Counted from the first letter of the stretch, positions 53,654-63,303 are shown. The stretch: DNA of 64,000 nt from a virus (IMGVR_UViG_3300023218_000040:32001-96000), one strand, 5' to 3'. A program made the numbers and translations. The notes: generated by a model from the sequence alone, not told the origin.

Positions 53654-55124
53654 CTTCTTGAGCCTCGTAGAATTCACGCTCGATACGATCCATCCTAACA
53701 GAGTCATTCTCTAGCTGTCTAGTGTTTGATGGATTGAAACCGTTTTGCTCCAATAAGTCGTCACGAATTTTACGGGCCTTTTTCTCCTTCTCCAAAGTCG
53801 TCAAGAAACTATGATGAACGATCTGGGTGTAGTAGCCGAATGGATTTTGACCTACTTCTGGATCGAACTTTAGTGCTCCGTTCAGTAGAGACACCAGAGC
53901 TTCGCTTCGCATGTCTTCGATGTAGGTATTTCCGGTAAGGAATACAGTACCATTACGACGAGCCATAAAACAGCCGTATTCGGTTTCCGGACACCAAACC
54001 CGTCCCTTGTAATATTCCGTAGGAATGTTTGGATTAAATACTTTGGACTTCCCCGAACGTCCGCTTTTTCCTCCATGGAAGTCGATATTTTCAACCTTGG
54101 AATATTCACCCTTGGCGAATACCCTAACGGTATACGTATCCTTTTTGCCGTGTCCAATAGGAGGTCTGATACGAACTGTTGTTCTTTTACCACTGAGCGT
54201 ACATAACGCCACAAAAAAGTCAATTTGCTCTTCCGATGTTTGTGTGTAATTGGTATACCCATTGGTTTTCCAACCGTCGCCATCAACCATAGTATCAATC
54301 AGTAAACGGCGCTGATTAGTAGATAGGTTCATCAAAAATTTATAGGTTGGAACTTTATTTGGTGCAACCGATTCTATCAACTGGCAGAGTTCTTTGGTCA
54401 AGTAGAATGATACTTGTTCTGGTACATTCTCGCCCACAACACGAGTACGCTTATACTCTGCAATTTGATAACCGAGGTCAGCAACACATGCCCGAATTCT
54501 ATCGGAAAACTCGCCCTCATTCTGATAAATCGTGATGCGGGTGTAGTTGCGGTTTTCGGATAGGTAGTAATTTCCTTCGGTAATAACCCAACCGACCAAT
54601 TCCACGAACGCATCGGAATATACACCACCTGGAGATTCCAAGGCTGTCCCAATCATTACAAGATTGTCCTGTTCACGAAGGTAATCTACTCGGCGCAGTC
54701 CATTTGTTGTCATGAACTTATGTCCTGGAGTAACCAAGGAGTCCATTCCTTGGACAGTCATGCGGAACATATGACCATCATAGTCGTCTTTGAATATGGA
54801 ACGAATTCTTGACCACACAAGTTTACTATCGTCATAAGATAGGATTTGGTCATCGGTAGTTACATCATCGATCCCTAGCCACCCACGTTGTGTCATACAC
54901 TCTGTGTGTTCATCAACGCAATATCCACGCCAGTTGGCTTTCTTGGAGTAGCGGTCCACCAACATCATTAGCATCTTGACTAATTCTTGGGTCATACATT
55001 GGGCGGGGGTCACATCGGGATTTTTCTTTTGCTTCTCAGCTAGCATAGTCTTGGATAGTCGAATTTGCTCCATAAGGCTTGCATTGTTTAGGTAATTGGT
55101 GGTTCTTTTCTTTCTGGTAACCAT
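53640..55124 (-). CDS. gp55: Late-transcription sigma factor, T4 gp55-like, with intein (spliced product about 163 aa)
   Basis: NYLNN; after splicing ANWRGY|TYIEDMRSEA; KFDPE...NPFGYYTQI..HSFL...EKEKK; T4-like order 55-47-46. Confidence 0.9.
   Translation of the reverse strand: MVTRKKRTTNYLNNASLMEQIRLSKTMLAEKQKKNPDVTPAQCMTQELVKMLMMLVDRYSKKANWRGYCVDEHTECMTQRGWLGIDDVTTDDQILSYDDSKLVWSRIRSIFKDDYDGHMFRMTVQGMDSLVTPGHKFMTTNGLRRVDYLREQDNLVMIGTALESPGGVYSDAFVELVGWVITEGNYYLSENRNYTRITIYQNEGEFSDRIRACVADLGYQIAEYKRTRVVGENVPEQVSFYLTKELCQLIESVAPNKVPTYKFLMNLSTNQRRLLIDTMVDGDGWKTNGYTNYTQTSEEQIDFFVALCTLSGKRTTVRIRPPIGHGKKDTYTVRVFAKGEYSKVENIDFHGGKSGRSGKSKVFNPNIPTEYYKGRVWCPETEYGCFMARRNGTVFLTGNTYIEDMRSEALVSLLNGALKFDPEVGQNPFGYYTQIVHHSFLTTLEKEKKARKIRDDLLEQNGFNPSNTRQLENDSVRMDRIEREFYEAQEDEED
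53928..54920 (-). mobile_element. Intein in gp55 (331 aa, LAGLIDADG-type)
   Basis: CVDEHTECMT; VTPGHKF; GWVITEG and TMVDGDG; VWCPET...FLTGN|T. Confidence 0.9.
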
Positions 55125-55221
55125 TAAAGCATTCCTCTTTTCCCCTCTTGAGTGTTTCTCAAGAAATTAATATGTTAGGAACATGAACACTTTCCTCATA
55201 AAAGTCAATAGATTTTCCTTG

Positions 55222-55227
55222 TAAATA
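55222..55227 (+). promoter_or_regulatory. Putative late promoter TAAATA
   Basis: 20 nt upstream of ATG 55247. Confidence 0.6.
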
Positions 55228-55246
55228 TCCGAAGAGGAAACTACCT

Positions 55247-56113
55247 ATGGCCCAACTAGATAATCGACCTACTTTCGCCTTTGAACATGTGGCTGCAAAG
55301 CTAGAACCATTTGATCTCATGCGTCTAGCGTTTGTGACTGGTTCTGAAGATACAAGGCAGCAAACAAGCGAGAAGCTTCAGTTGGCTCTTAGCGGACCTC
55401 TCGGCGGTGCTGGCGCTGATGTTGCGGCTGTCCAATCTGTTCGCTCGCAGTTGGATGGAATTCGCACTCCACGAGGACGCTCCAGTGATGAGCATGCCTT
55501 GGCACCAATCTTCGCCACGGGTGGACTAGTCTTTCCTTATAATCCCACTGTGTCAGAAAAGATGTCTGTTAAGTATGATGCTGTTGAATTAACGCACTCA
55601 AACGAGTCGTACCACGTATATCGTTCTACGGATAACGTTCGCATCAGCATTTCAGAAGCAGTATGGACATGCGACACATTTGCAAATGCTGTCTATGCAC
55701 TATCCGTTATTCACTTTTTGAGAACCTATAGTCAGATGGATTTCGGTCGAAATCGAACCGGTCGTCCACCTTCTCCTATGTGGTTTTCTGCTTTTGGAAA
55801 TTACGCATTCCATCGAGTTCCGGTCTTATTGGAGTCGGCTGATTGGAGCTTTCCTAGCGATGTGGACTACGTGGGCATACCAGAGTTTGGAACACCTGAG
55901 CATGCGAGTGGACAGCTACGATTTGAAAGAACTCCTGATGGAAACTACACATGGTTGCCAATGGTGTTCAAGATTCCTTCCATCCAGTTGATTGTTCAAC
56001 ACTCCCCAAGGTACTGGATCAACTATAGCCTGGATGACTTTCGTTCAGGGAAGATGCTACGAGATCGAAAGAGTTTTCACGTTCTCCCAGGCAACACGAA
56101 CAGGAGAAAGTAA
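55247..56113 (+). CDS. Baseplate / tail-tube initiator-like protein
   Basis: GGLVFPYNP...YD..ELTHSN; PPSPMWFSAFG...RVPVLLES..W.FP.DVDY; heads the baseplate operon. Confidence 0.7.
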   Translation: MAQLDNRPTFAFEHVAAKLEPFDLMRLAFVTGSEDTRQQTSEKLQLALSGPLGGAGADVAAVQSVRSQLDGIRTPRGRSSDEHALAPIFATGGLVFPYNPTVSEKMSVKYDAVELTHSNESYHVYRSTDNVRISISEAVWTCDTFANAVYALSVIHFLRTYSQMDFGRNRTGRPPSPMWFSAFGNYAFHRVPVLLESADWSFPSDVDYVGIPEFGTPEHASGQLRFERTPDGNYTWLPMVFKIPSIQLIVQHSPRYWINYSLDDFRSGKMLRDRKSFHVLPGNTNRRK

Positions 56114-56114
56114 G

Positions 56115-56411
56115 ATGCCATTCAGACCAAGGTACACATCGGATTCCCCCTATGGGTTCACACCGATTATTGGACGGTTCATGGTTTACTACGTGCATCG
56201 TGCGGTTCCGGTTCACCAACTTGATCAAACGATCACCCTCGATCATCGATATGAGAATCGTCCAGATTTGCTGGCTAACGATTTGTACGGAGACCCAGAC
56301 ATGTTCTGGATCATTGCAGTCCGCAATGGATTGCAAGACCCTGTGTTTGATTTCAAGGCTGGTGAGAGATACACCATTCCACACCCTTCATTTGCTAGGA
56401 CACTGGTTTAA
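56115..56411 (+). CDS. Baseplate wedge protein, gp53/LysM-like
   Basis: YENRPDLLANDLYGDPDMFWIIAVRNGLQDP; start set at ATG 56115. Confidence 0.88.
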   Translation: MPFRPRYTSDSPYGFTPIIGRFMVYYVHRAVPVHQLDQTITLDHRYENRPDLLANDLYGDPDMFWIIAVRNGLQDPVFDFKAGERYTIPHPSFARTLV

Positions 56412-59185
56412 TGGTAAACATTCAATTTAAGTTGGAATCTCGACTTAACTCCGTTCAGGATATAGATCGACAGCTTGATACACTTGTAAAGCAAGGATCT
56501 GTAGCCGAAGCCAGAGCGTTGCTAGCTCAACTTGGTCCGGATGTCGTTCGTCAGTTCAACAGCGGAACTCAGGGGGCACTATCGGTACTAAATGGACCGT
56601 TGTCGAATGTGTCCTCGGAGATACGAGGCGTACTAGCTAGGCAAGCAAACACATTGTTGTCTAATACTACTGTATCGGCACTGAATGCCATTCGGCAGAA
56701 GACCAATCTCGGGAATTTTAACCTAGCGTCACCGAACGATCTTGCCACTCGGATTCTGGGTAAGGAAGACAACCGATTGACTACTTCTCAGCCGCAGCGT
56801 GAACAGCAGTCAGGAACTGCCAATCGTTCATCTGCTGACAACATTCCCATTCGGGATAATGCACCATTGGATGTAGAACCTCTTGAGAATACGGGTATTT
56901 CAGAAAACGTATTGAACGACTATATTAATCTTCAGTATCATATCACATTGTCTTTAGTTCCATATGGAAAGCTATCCGGTATCCAAACTGAGATACCTAT
57001 TGCTCCTAGCGAACGAGGACAGCCTGGGGCAGATACTCTTCGTCGTTTGATTGAAAACGATGGATCTGTAGTATTTGCTTCTACTGGTGAAATTAGCCAA
57101 ACTGCTGCGGTCATCCTTACTGCCGAAGAGCAATTCAGTCGTGAGGAATTAGCAGAAATCGAAACATCGTCTTTTGGGGATGAAGAAGAAATCGGGGACC
57201 GTTTGGTTGATACGACCGGTAAGAATTACTACAACATTAAAAGCGTTAAGTTCGACACGGTGATGTCACCAAGCAAAGAGAACCCATACATGAATCAGAT
57301 GTTGGGTATCAAAATGATTTTGATTGAGCCTCATGGCTTTAAGTTGTATGAAGATATTCGTCGTTTGGCTGATGAGCTTGGATATCGTGGAATGACAGCA
57401 GCACGAGTAGTGTGGCGGGTGGACATCGGTTTTTCTGGCTACAACCAAGATACCGGAGAGTGGGTAGAAAGAATTGACCTTGATACTCGTTCACCAAGGC
57501 AAACACAAACGCTAACGTATTACCAGAACATTTCCAAGATGCAAGCTAAGGTTGACCACACTGGGACAACATACGATATTGATATGGTTCCTTCAGGGCA
57601 CATTGCATATCGACCAGAGGAAATGACCCTAAAAGCCAAGTCTATTTTCGCTGGAGCAGAAGGTAGTAATGTCGCCAAGGTTGGAACGTTCGGCGGTTTT
57701 CTAAAGAAGCTTGAGACTGCTATGAAGGAGGCTAAGGATCAAAGAACGCATAAGCAGATCAAACGTGAATACAAGTTTTTCGCTCCTACGGCATTGCTAG
57801 AGGCTAAGTTTTTCGAGGACAACTTCGCTAGTAGGCACGGTTTCATTGGCAACAATCCTGATAAGGGTCAGGTTATTAGCGGTGGTCGTGATATCAACGT
57901 AATCAATTTGGTGGAGACTGCATTGAATGATTTGGAATTGGTGTGGGATAGGTTCTTGGCAGACCAAGATCCATCGTTTGAAAAGCCACGCATTCATTGG
58001 GGCATTCGATTCAACACACGTTATGTGAATAGTGCTAACTCCAGAATTTACGATGTAGACACGATTGTGTTGGAATACATTATCGAGCCATATGCAACAT
58101 ACAAGAAAGCAAGCATAGAAAACATTATCGATGCTCGTGCTCTAGTAGATCCGGCTGCACAGCTACGCAGACTAGAAGAAATGCTACGCTTGGGAATGGT
58201 TAACCGTGTGTATGACTATATTCACACTTCGGAAAATACCGAAGTGATTGATTTTGATGTTACGTTGAAGAACTTCTACTACCATTCGCTATTCACTTAC
58301 CCGGATAACCCGACTCGTGCTGGTAGTCAAACTACTACTGATGCTAGTAGTACAGGTGGTAAAAGAAAGCAAGAGGCTTTCACTGGAGATAGAACAGGTA
58401 TCGAGGACACCATTTCTGTAACTAACCGACGACAGGAAATCAATACCGAGTCTGCGTTACAAAGACTGTTTGGTTCTGGAATTGACAATGCTCCAGCCAG
58501 TTGCTTTATTAATCAGAATTCCAATCCATACGATATTCTAGCGGGTGGTTTTAACGAATTTCCACAGGACGATTACTATGGTGCTATTGCTTCATCTGCC
58601 AATCAGAAGAAGAACAAGTACCATTTGCAATTGAATGATCATCTTAGAAACGACTTGCTTCGAATCGACAATCTACAGGTTCGTGGAGATCCTATCTGGC
58701 TATTGACTCCGTATGGAGTTGAGAGTGGAAACACATTGGCCACACAGAAAGCAGCAAAGGATGGAACGAATCGAATCGGTATTGTCCAGACTCAAGCAAG
58801 CAGGCTGATCTACCTGCGTTTGTTTGCTCCTGATCAAGTGGATTACATGAACCCCGACCGAGAGTTTGCCTCGTCTTCATGTAACGTTATTGGTGGTTTC
58901 TACGAAGTTTTCCGAGTAACTAGTACGTTTGAGGGTGGTAAGTTCACGCAAACGATTACTGGTGCCAAAATCAACCACTTGAACTTTATCGAAAATTTCA
59001 TTTCAGTAGCACGTGATGAGGTTAGAAACGGAAACGGTCGAGTCCCCCCAGTTTCTAACGAAAGGGTAACACAGAATCCTCCTAATGCTCAGCCACCGAA
59101 GCCGGTTGATTTGACTGGAAACGAACTAACTACTAACCAACAAAATACACTTTCAACACAGCAATTCTTTGTTGGCGGGAATTAA
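56411..59185 (+). CDS. Large baseplate hub protein (gp27/late-control-D-like)
   Basis: LQVRGDPIWL and GGFYEVFRVTSTFEGGKFTQ motifs; between gp53 and gp5. Confidence 0.7.
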   Translation: MVNIQFKLESRLNSVQDIDRQLDTLVKQGSVAEARALLAQLGPDVVRQFNSGTQGALSVLNGPLSNVSSEIRGVLARQANTLLSNTTVSALNAIRQKTNLGNFNLASPNDLATRILGKEDNRLTTSQPQREQQSGTANRSSADNIPIRDNAPLDVEPLENTGISENVLNDYINLQYHITLSLVPYGKLSGIQTEIPIAPSERGQPGADTLRRLIENDGSVVFASTGEISQTAAVILTAEEQFSREELAEIETSSFGDEEEIGDRLVDTTGKNYYNIKSVKFDTVMSPSKENPYMNQMLGIKMILIEPHGFKLYEDIRRLADELGYRGMTAARVVWRVDIGFSGYNQDTGEWVERIDLDTRSPRQTQTLTYYQNISKMQAKVDHTGTTYDIDMVPSGHIAYRPEEMTLKAKSIFAGAEGSNVAKVGTFGGFLKKLETAMKEAKDQRTHKQIKREYKFFAPTALLEAKFFEDNFASRHGFIGNNPDKGQVISGGRDINVINLVETALNDLELVWDRFLADQDPSFEKPRIHWGIRFNTRYVNSANSRIYDVDTIVLEYIIEPYATYKKASIENIIDARALVDPAAQLRRLEEMLRLGMVNRVYDYIHTSENTEVIDFDVTLKNFYYHSLFTYPDNPTRAGSQTTTDASSTGGKRKQEAFTGDRTGIEDTISVTNRRQEINTESALQRLFGSGIDNAPASCFINQNSNPYDILAGGFNEFPQDDYYGAIASSANQKKNKYHLQLNDHLRNDLLRIDNLQVRGDPIWLLTPYGVESGNTLATQKAAKDGTNRIGIVQTQASRLIYLRLFAPDQVDYMNPDREFASSSCNVIGGFYEVFRVTSTFEGGKFTQTITGAKINHLNFIENFISVARDEVRNGNGRVPPVSNERVTQNPPNAQPPKPVDLTGNELTTNQQNTLSTQQFFVGGN

Positions 59186-59186
59186 C

Positions 59187-61868
59187 ATGACAGCTAGACC
59201 ATATATTAACGGAATAGTGAATGCGGCTAATGCTGAGCAGGCATCTGGACGGGGCGTACCCAACATCCAGCATCAGCTTGGACTGTTTCATATCGGCCTT
59301 GTAATGGATGATTTTGATGAACAACGATTGGGGCAGGTATGGGTGTATCTCCCTGGTATCTCTGCACGTCGATTCTCCGAGGATGATCGTAGTTTGCCGC
59401 TATACGGTGGAACGGTTCCAGACAGAGACCGGGAAGGTGCTGTTCTTCGGTGGGACCAAAAGCTAAGACTAGGATGGCTTCGATGCGCTCCAATGTTTCC
59501 GTTCTTTGGTGGTGACGATTTTCGTGTCCAGAGAAGTTCAGATGGTGACATTCGAAATGCCACAAAGGGTGACGTGCAAAGCTATGGTTTCTGGGCACAA
59601 CCACGTATCGGAGACTATGTTGGTGTGCTATTTGCCAATGGTGATCCGCAGAGCGGATATTGGATTGGTATGCCACCCAAATACAATCGTAATTTCATGG
59701 TTCCAGGAAATCCGGGAAGGTTACCAGAAGAACTTGATGGCAAGACCGACACCGATGGTGGTGCCGTTCACAAACTTACCCGACAAATCAAGGAAGAAGC
59801 TTTACAAGTAGAGGGAGATGCTTTAGTACCATCTTTGGACAAGGCACGGCGCATCAATGTCAGTGTGCCACGTCCAGCAGGTTCTCCTGTTACTCAGACA
59901 CAGGACGACACTAGAGCGCCACCAGTTGAAGTAGAGCTTACCAATGTTCTTGCATCAACGGAGTTTGCATTTAACACCCAAAGTGCAGGACTTTTGTGTG
60001 ACCCGCTTCGTGGTGCTGGAAACTCCTCCGCTCGCAGAGAAAGCCCGTCATATATTGTGGGCTTCAAATCCCCAGGCTGGAATTTCGATAGCGAGAAGAA
60101 GAACCTCAACACTGGTAATGGATCTACCACTCGATTTCAAGACGAAGCTTCGGTATCTCGGTATCAGGCTGTGGCTACTGCTGGACATCAGTTTGTCATG
60201 GATGATCATCCCGATTTTCAGGGCGTCCGTATGCGTACGTCTAAAGGACATCAGATATATCTGAATGATAGCTGTGATGATCCCTTCATCTACATTTCCA
60301 CATCGCAGGGTAAGGTGTGGATTGAGCTAGGAGACAGTGGCAAGGTCAACATTTTCGCTGAGAACTCGGTGTCTGTTCACTCCCGAAAGGATATCAATCT
60401 GACTGCTGATCGAGATTTGAACATTGACGTTCAGCAAGACTTCAAGCTGATGGTTCGTGGTGACACTGAAATGGCACTGAAGGGCCGTGTTGACATTGAG
60501 ACAGGTCGTAATAACAGAACACAAGATGGATTAAACTTTGAGTCTCGTGGTGACATTGGAACGGGTGCTAGAAAGGATTTGTTCATTCACAACTATGGGA
60601 ATGTGGACTGGACAGTCGATGATCACTTGGATATGACTATTGGTAATGTCGCCGGTTTGACTGGCGGTATGGATGTGTTGGTAAAGAAAGGTGACCTTGA
60701 TGTTCAAGCCGAAACTGATGTGGATGTATTGGCTGGAAACACGATGACGCTGGAAACTACCAGCGGTCGCCTTGATGTGCGATCTGGTAGCACGATGCAC
60801 CACACGTCTGCAAGCCAGATGAATCTTCGTACAGAGGGCGGTAACATTCATCAGACTGCTGCTAGCCAAATTCATCTTAACAGCCCTGGAAATCAAGCAG
60901 TTTCGGCAGACACTGCTACTCCTGCTGATGAAGCGACGAAGCCAACCATTCGCCAGTTGATTCAAGTTCCAATTGCTCCAACCGAAGAAGAGATTAAGTT
61001 TTGTCGTCGAACCAGTGACACTCACAACACATTGGATGAAGCCATTGTTCCTCAGCACCAGCCATGGCCAGAAGCATGTACCACCATACTCGGGTTTAAT
61101 GCCTCTGGCGACGAGGGAGAAGTGGTATCACGTTCCGGTGCCGCAAGACCAGAGGCTAGCCATCCGCTACCAAAGGTGCAGAAGGATGGCGTGTTTAATG
61201 CTCAGCAGTACAACTCCAACAACCAGGAAGAGGCTCCAGTATACGAGAAGATATTCGATCCGGACCCTGGTACATTTAACGTATGTTCGTCGTATACCAC
61301 ATCACAACGAATGATCGACTTCTTGAAGAAGGAAGAGGGTTCAAGGAGCAAGGCATACCGAGATGCTGGTAAGTGGGCTATTGGATTTGGTCATCAGATC
61401 AATGTAGGAGATACAATCTTTGGTGACACTATCAATGGTAGAGTAACACAGGAAGACATCGCTCGATTGAACAGAACCAACGGTTCTTTGACTATTAGTG
61501 AGGAAGAGAAGGAACGACTTCTTAGGGAAGATTTGGCCGAGTTCGAAGAGGCTGTTTGCCGAATCGTTACAACCGAGATTACTCAGTCTCAATTTGATGC
61601 CCTGGTGTCTTTTACTTACAACACAGGACCAGGAAACCTATCCAGGCTTGTCAAAACAAGTAATTTAAACAGTGGTGATTTCACTAATGTTCCACAGGCG
61701 TGGATGAGATATCATCTTTGTACCAGATGCCCACCAAACAGGCGTGCGATTATAGAGGGGGTTCTACGAGGTCGCCGCCAGCGAGAGCTTGAACAGTTCT
61801 TCGCTTACAGCGGCGACCCCGTTGAACCGAGGACTGGACAGAAGTCCATTGTGGATGCACTCGTTTAA
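59187..61868 (+). CDS. gp5: Baseplate central spike, gp5/VgrG-like, with C-terminal GH24 lysozyme
   Basis: OB-fold D...RLGQVWVY, YGFWAQPRIG.V.V.FANGDP; GHQFVMDD; beta-helix repeats; KKEEG...AYRD..W.IGFGH...QFDALVSFTYN.G. Confidence 0.9.
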   Translation: MTARPYINGIVNAANAEQASGRGVPNIQHQLGLFHIGLVMDDFDEQRLGQVWVYLPGISARRFSEDDRSLPLYGGTVPDRDREGAVLRWDQKLRLGWLRCAPMFPFFGGDDFRVQRSSDGDIRNATKGDVQSYGFWAQPRIGDYVGVLFANGDPQSGYWIGMPPKYNRNFMVPGNPGRLPEELDGKTDTDGGAVHKLTRQIKEEALQVEGDALVPSLDKARRINVSVPRPAGSPVTQTQDDTRAPPVEVELTNVLASTEFAFNTQSAGLLCDPLRGAGNSSARRESPSYIVGFKSPGWNFDSEKKNLNTGNGSTTRFQDEASVSRYQAVATAGHQFVMDDHPDFQGVRMRTSKGHQIYLNDSCDDPFIYISTSQGKVWIELGDSGKVNIFAENSVSVHSRKDINLTADRDLNIDVQQDFKLMVRGDTEMALKGRVDIETGRNNRTQDGLNFESRGDIGTGARKDLFIHNYGNVDWTVDDHLDMTIGNVAGLTGGMDVLVKKGDLDVQAETDVDVLAGNTMTLETTSGRLDVRSGSTMHHTSASQMNLRTEGGNIHQTAASQIHLNSPGNQAVSADTATPADEATKPTIRQLIQVPIAPTEEEIKFCRRTSDTHNTLDEAIVPQHQPWPEACTTILGFNASGDEGEVVSRSGAARPEASHPLPKVQKDGVFNAQQYNSNNQEEAPVYEKIFDPDPGTFNVCSSYTTSQRMIDFLKKEEGSRSKAYRDAGKWAIGFGHQINVGDTIFGDTINGRVTQEDIARLNRTNGSLTISEEEKERLLREDLAEFEEAVCRIVTTEITQSQFDALVSFTYNTGPGNLSRLVKTSNLNSGDFTNVPQAWMRYHLCTRCPPNRRAIIEGVLRGRRQRELEQFFAYSGDPVEPRTGQKSIVDALV

Positions 61869-62770
61869 GAAACGAAGAGATCCGTAGGATCGATACCCAT
61901 TTCATCGGCAATGCGGTGTACCTCTTTGTACACTTTGTCGCTTGCCTTGTTGCGTAGCTGACGAACACGTTCCTTCGAGATCTCCAGTTCATTACCCAGA
62001 GTTTCAAGGGTTTGCTGACCATCTTCTTTCTCGGTTAGAACCTGCGAGATAAAGATACGGCGTTCACGATCTGTGAGCACGTTCTTCATTGCCTCGTTGA
62101 CAATCGTTTTCTGGAACGTTACAACGTCGTCATCGATTACCACTGCCATAGAACCACTATCAGTATTCAACTCAGCGATGGTGTCCTCACGGGTTAAGCT
62201 GTCATCATCAGGGTTTGTGATAGGATCGTTCAGGGACTCGTGGGGACGCTGGAACATATCGTACATTTGCTGTACTTCCGTGATGGACACCTTGTGCTCC
62301 TCAGCGAGTTCCTGAGCTACCTTCGTGGTCAGCTTGAACTGACCAGTACGCATCATCTCGATGGCAATCCTCTTTCGTAATGCGTAGAATAGTCGCTTCT
62401 TGGTGTGGTTGGTACAAACATGCATCAGGAAATAGTTTTTGGTGATGTACCCCTGCATCATACCTTTGACGCACACCTTGGCATAGGTTGCGAAACGAAC
62501 CCCCGCTCCCAGGTCGAACCTTTCAGCGGCCTCAATGAGCGCAACCATACCCTCGGACAGCATTTCATCGGTTGGCATCTGGTAGCCCGAAAGCTCCTTG
62601 ATAGCTCGCCAAATGATTGGCCCGTAGTGGATGACGATTTTCGTCAGGTAAGTTTCGTTGTCTCCGGTCTCTCGCCACTTTTCGAATAGCTCTCGCTCTT
62701 CGTCAGCGGACAAGAGGGTTCGATATTGCTTGACAAAAATCTTTGCATCGTTTGATATTACTTCTTTCAT
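61865..62770 (-). CDS. rpoH: Sigma70-family sigma factor, RpoH (sigma32)-like
   Basis: EMLSEGMVALIEAAERFD...RFATYA (region 2); KRLFYALRK (RpoH-box-like); TLETLGNELEISKERVRQL (region 4.2). Confidence 0.85.
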   Translation of the reverse strand: MKEVISNDAKIFVKQYRTLLSADEERELFEKWRETGDNETYLTKIVIHYGPIIWRAIKELSGYQMPTDEMLSEGMVALIEAAERFDLGAGVRFATYAKVCVKGMMQGYITKNYFLMHVCTNHTKKRLFYALRKRIAIEMMRTGQFKLTTKVAQELAEEHKVSITEVQQMYDMFQRPHESLNDPITNPDDDSLTREDTIAELNTDSGSMAVVIDDDVVTFQKTIVNEAMKNVLTDRERRIFISQVLTEKEDGQQTLETLGNELEISKERVRQLRNKASDKVYKEVHRIADEMGIDPTDLFVS

Positions 62771-62814
62771 ACTAACCCCCAGACTCGTTTGTCTTTTGGC
62801 GGATAAATGGATGG

Positions 62815-62820
62815 TAAATA
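62815..62820 (+). promoter_or_regulatory. Putative late promoter TAAATA
   Basis: 67 nt upstream of ATG 62887. Confidence 0.5.
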
Positions 62821-62886
62821 GTCTCTATGCCGTGAGGGCACAGAGACTGGCTGGTATATATAAGTCCACAGTAACAGGAAATCAAG

Positions 62887-63303
62887 ATGGTTCAACCACT
62901 TTATAGAGGATTCTCGACCGTAGCTAATGGCACAGCCGCCCAGTTAATTGATGGAGAATTCACTAGCACGGAAGATGTTATTAACACTCGCCTCTTTGAT
63001 ATAGAACTAGTGAAGCAAGACCTATTGAACCACTTCTCGACCCGCTTGGGAGAAAGAGTGGCTAGGCCCACATTTGGTTCGATTATTCATGACCTCCTTT
63101 TTGATCTCATGGATGAACGTACAGAGGGTCTGGTTATTGCTGACGCAAATCGCATCTTCTCTGAAGATCCACGTGTTGTCCCACTGGATGTTTCAGTTGA
63201 CATTGAACCCGACCAGCACAAAATTACCCTAATGGCTACCTTGAGAGTAATCGAATTCGATATGACCACCAATCTTGAAGCAGTCTTTGAGGCCCGCAAC
63301 TAA
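62887..63303 (+). CDS. gp25: Baseplate wedge subunit, gp25-like
   Basis: YRGFST; DIELVKQDLLNHFSTRLGERV.RP.FGS.I.DLLFD; DPRV. Confidence 0.92.
   Translation: MVQPLYRGFSTVANGTAAQLIDGEFTSTEDVINTRLFDIELVKQDLLNHFSTRLGERVARPTFGSIIHDLLFDLMDERTEGLVIADANRIFSEDPRVVPLDVSVDIEPDQHKITLMATLRVIEFDMTTNLEAVFEARN

Noticed and set aside
55146-55164. Hairpin TCTTGAG-TGTTT-CTCAAGA upstream of gp55
   Set aside because: A single 7-bp stem with no further support; could be regulatory but is indistinguishable from chance.
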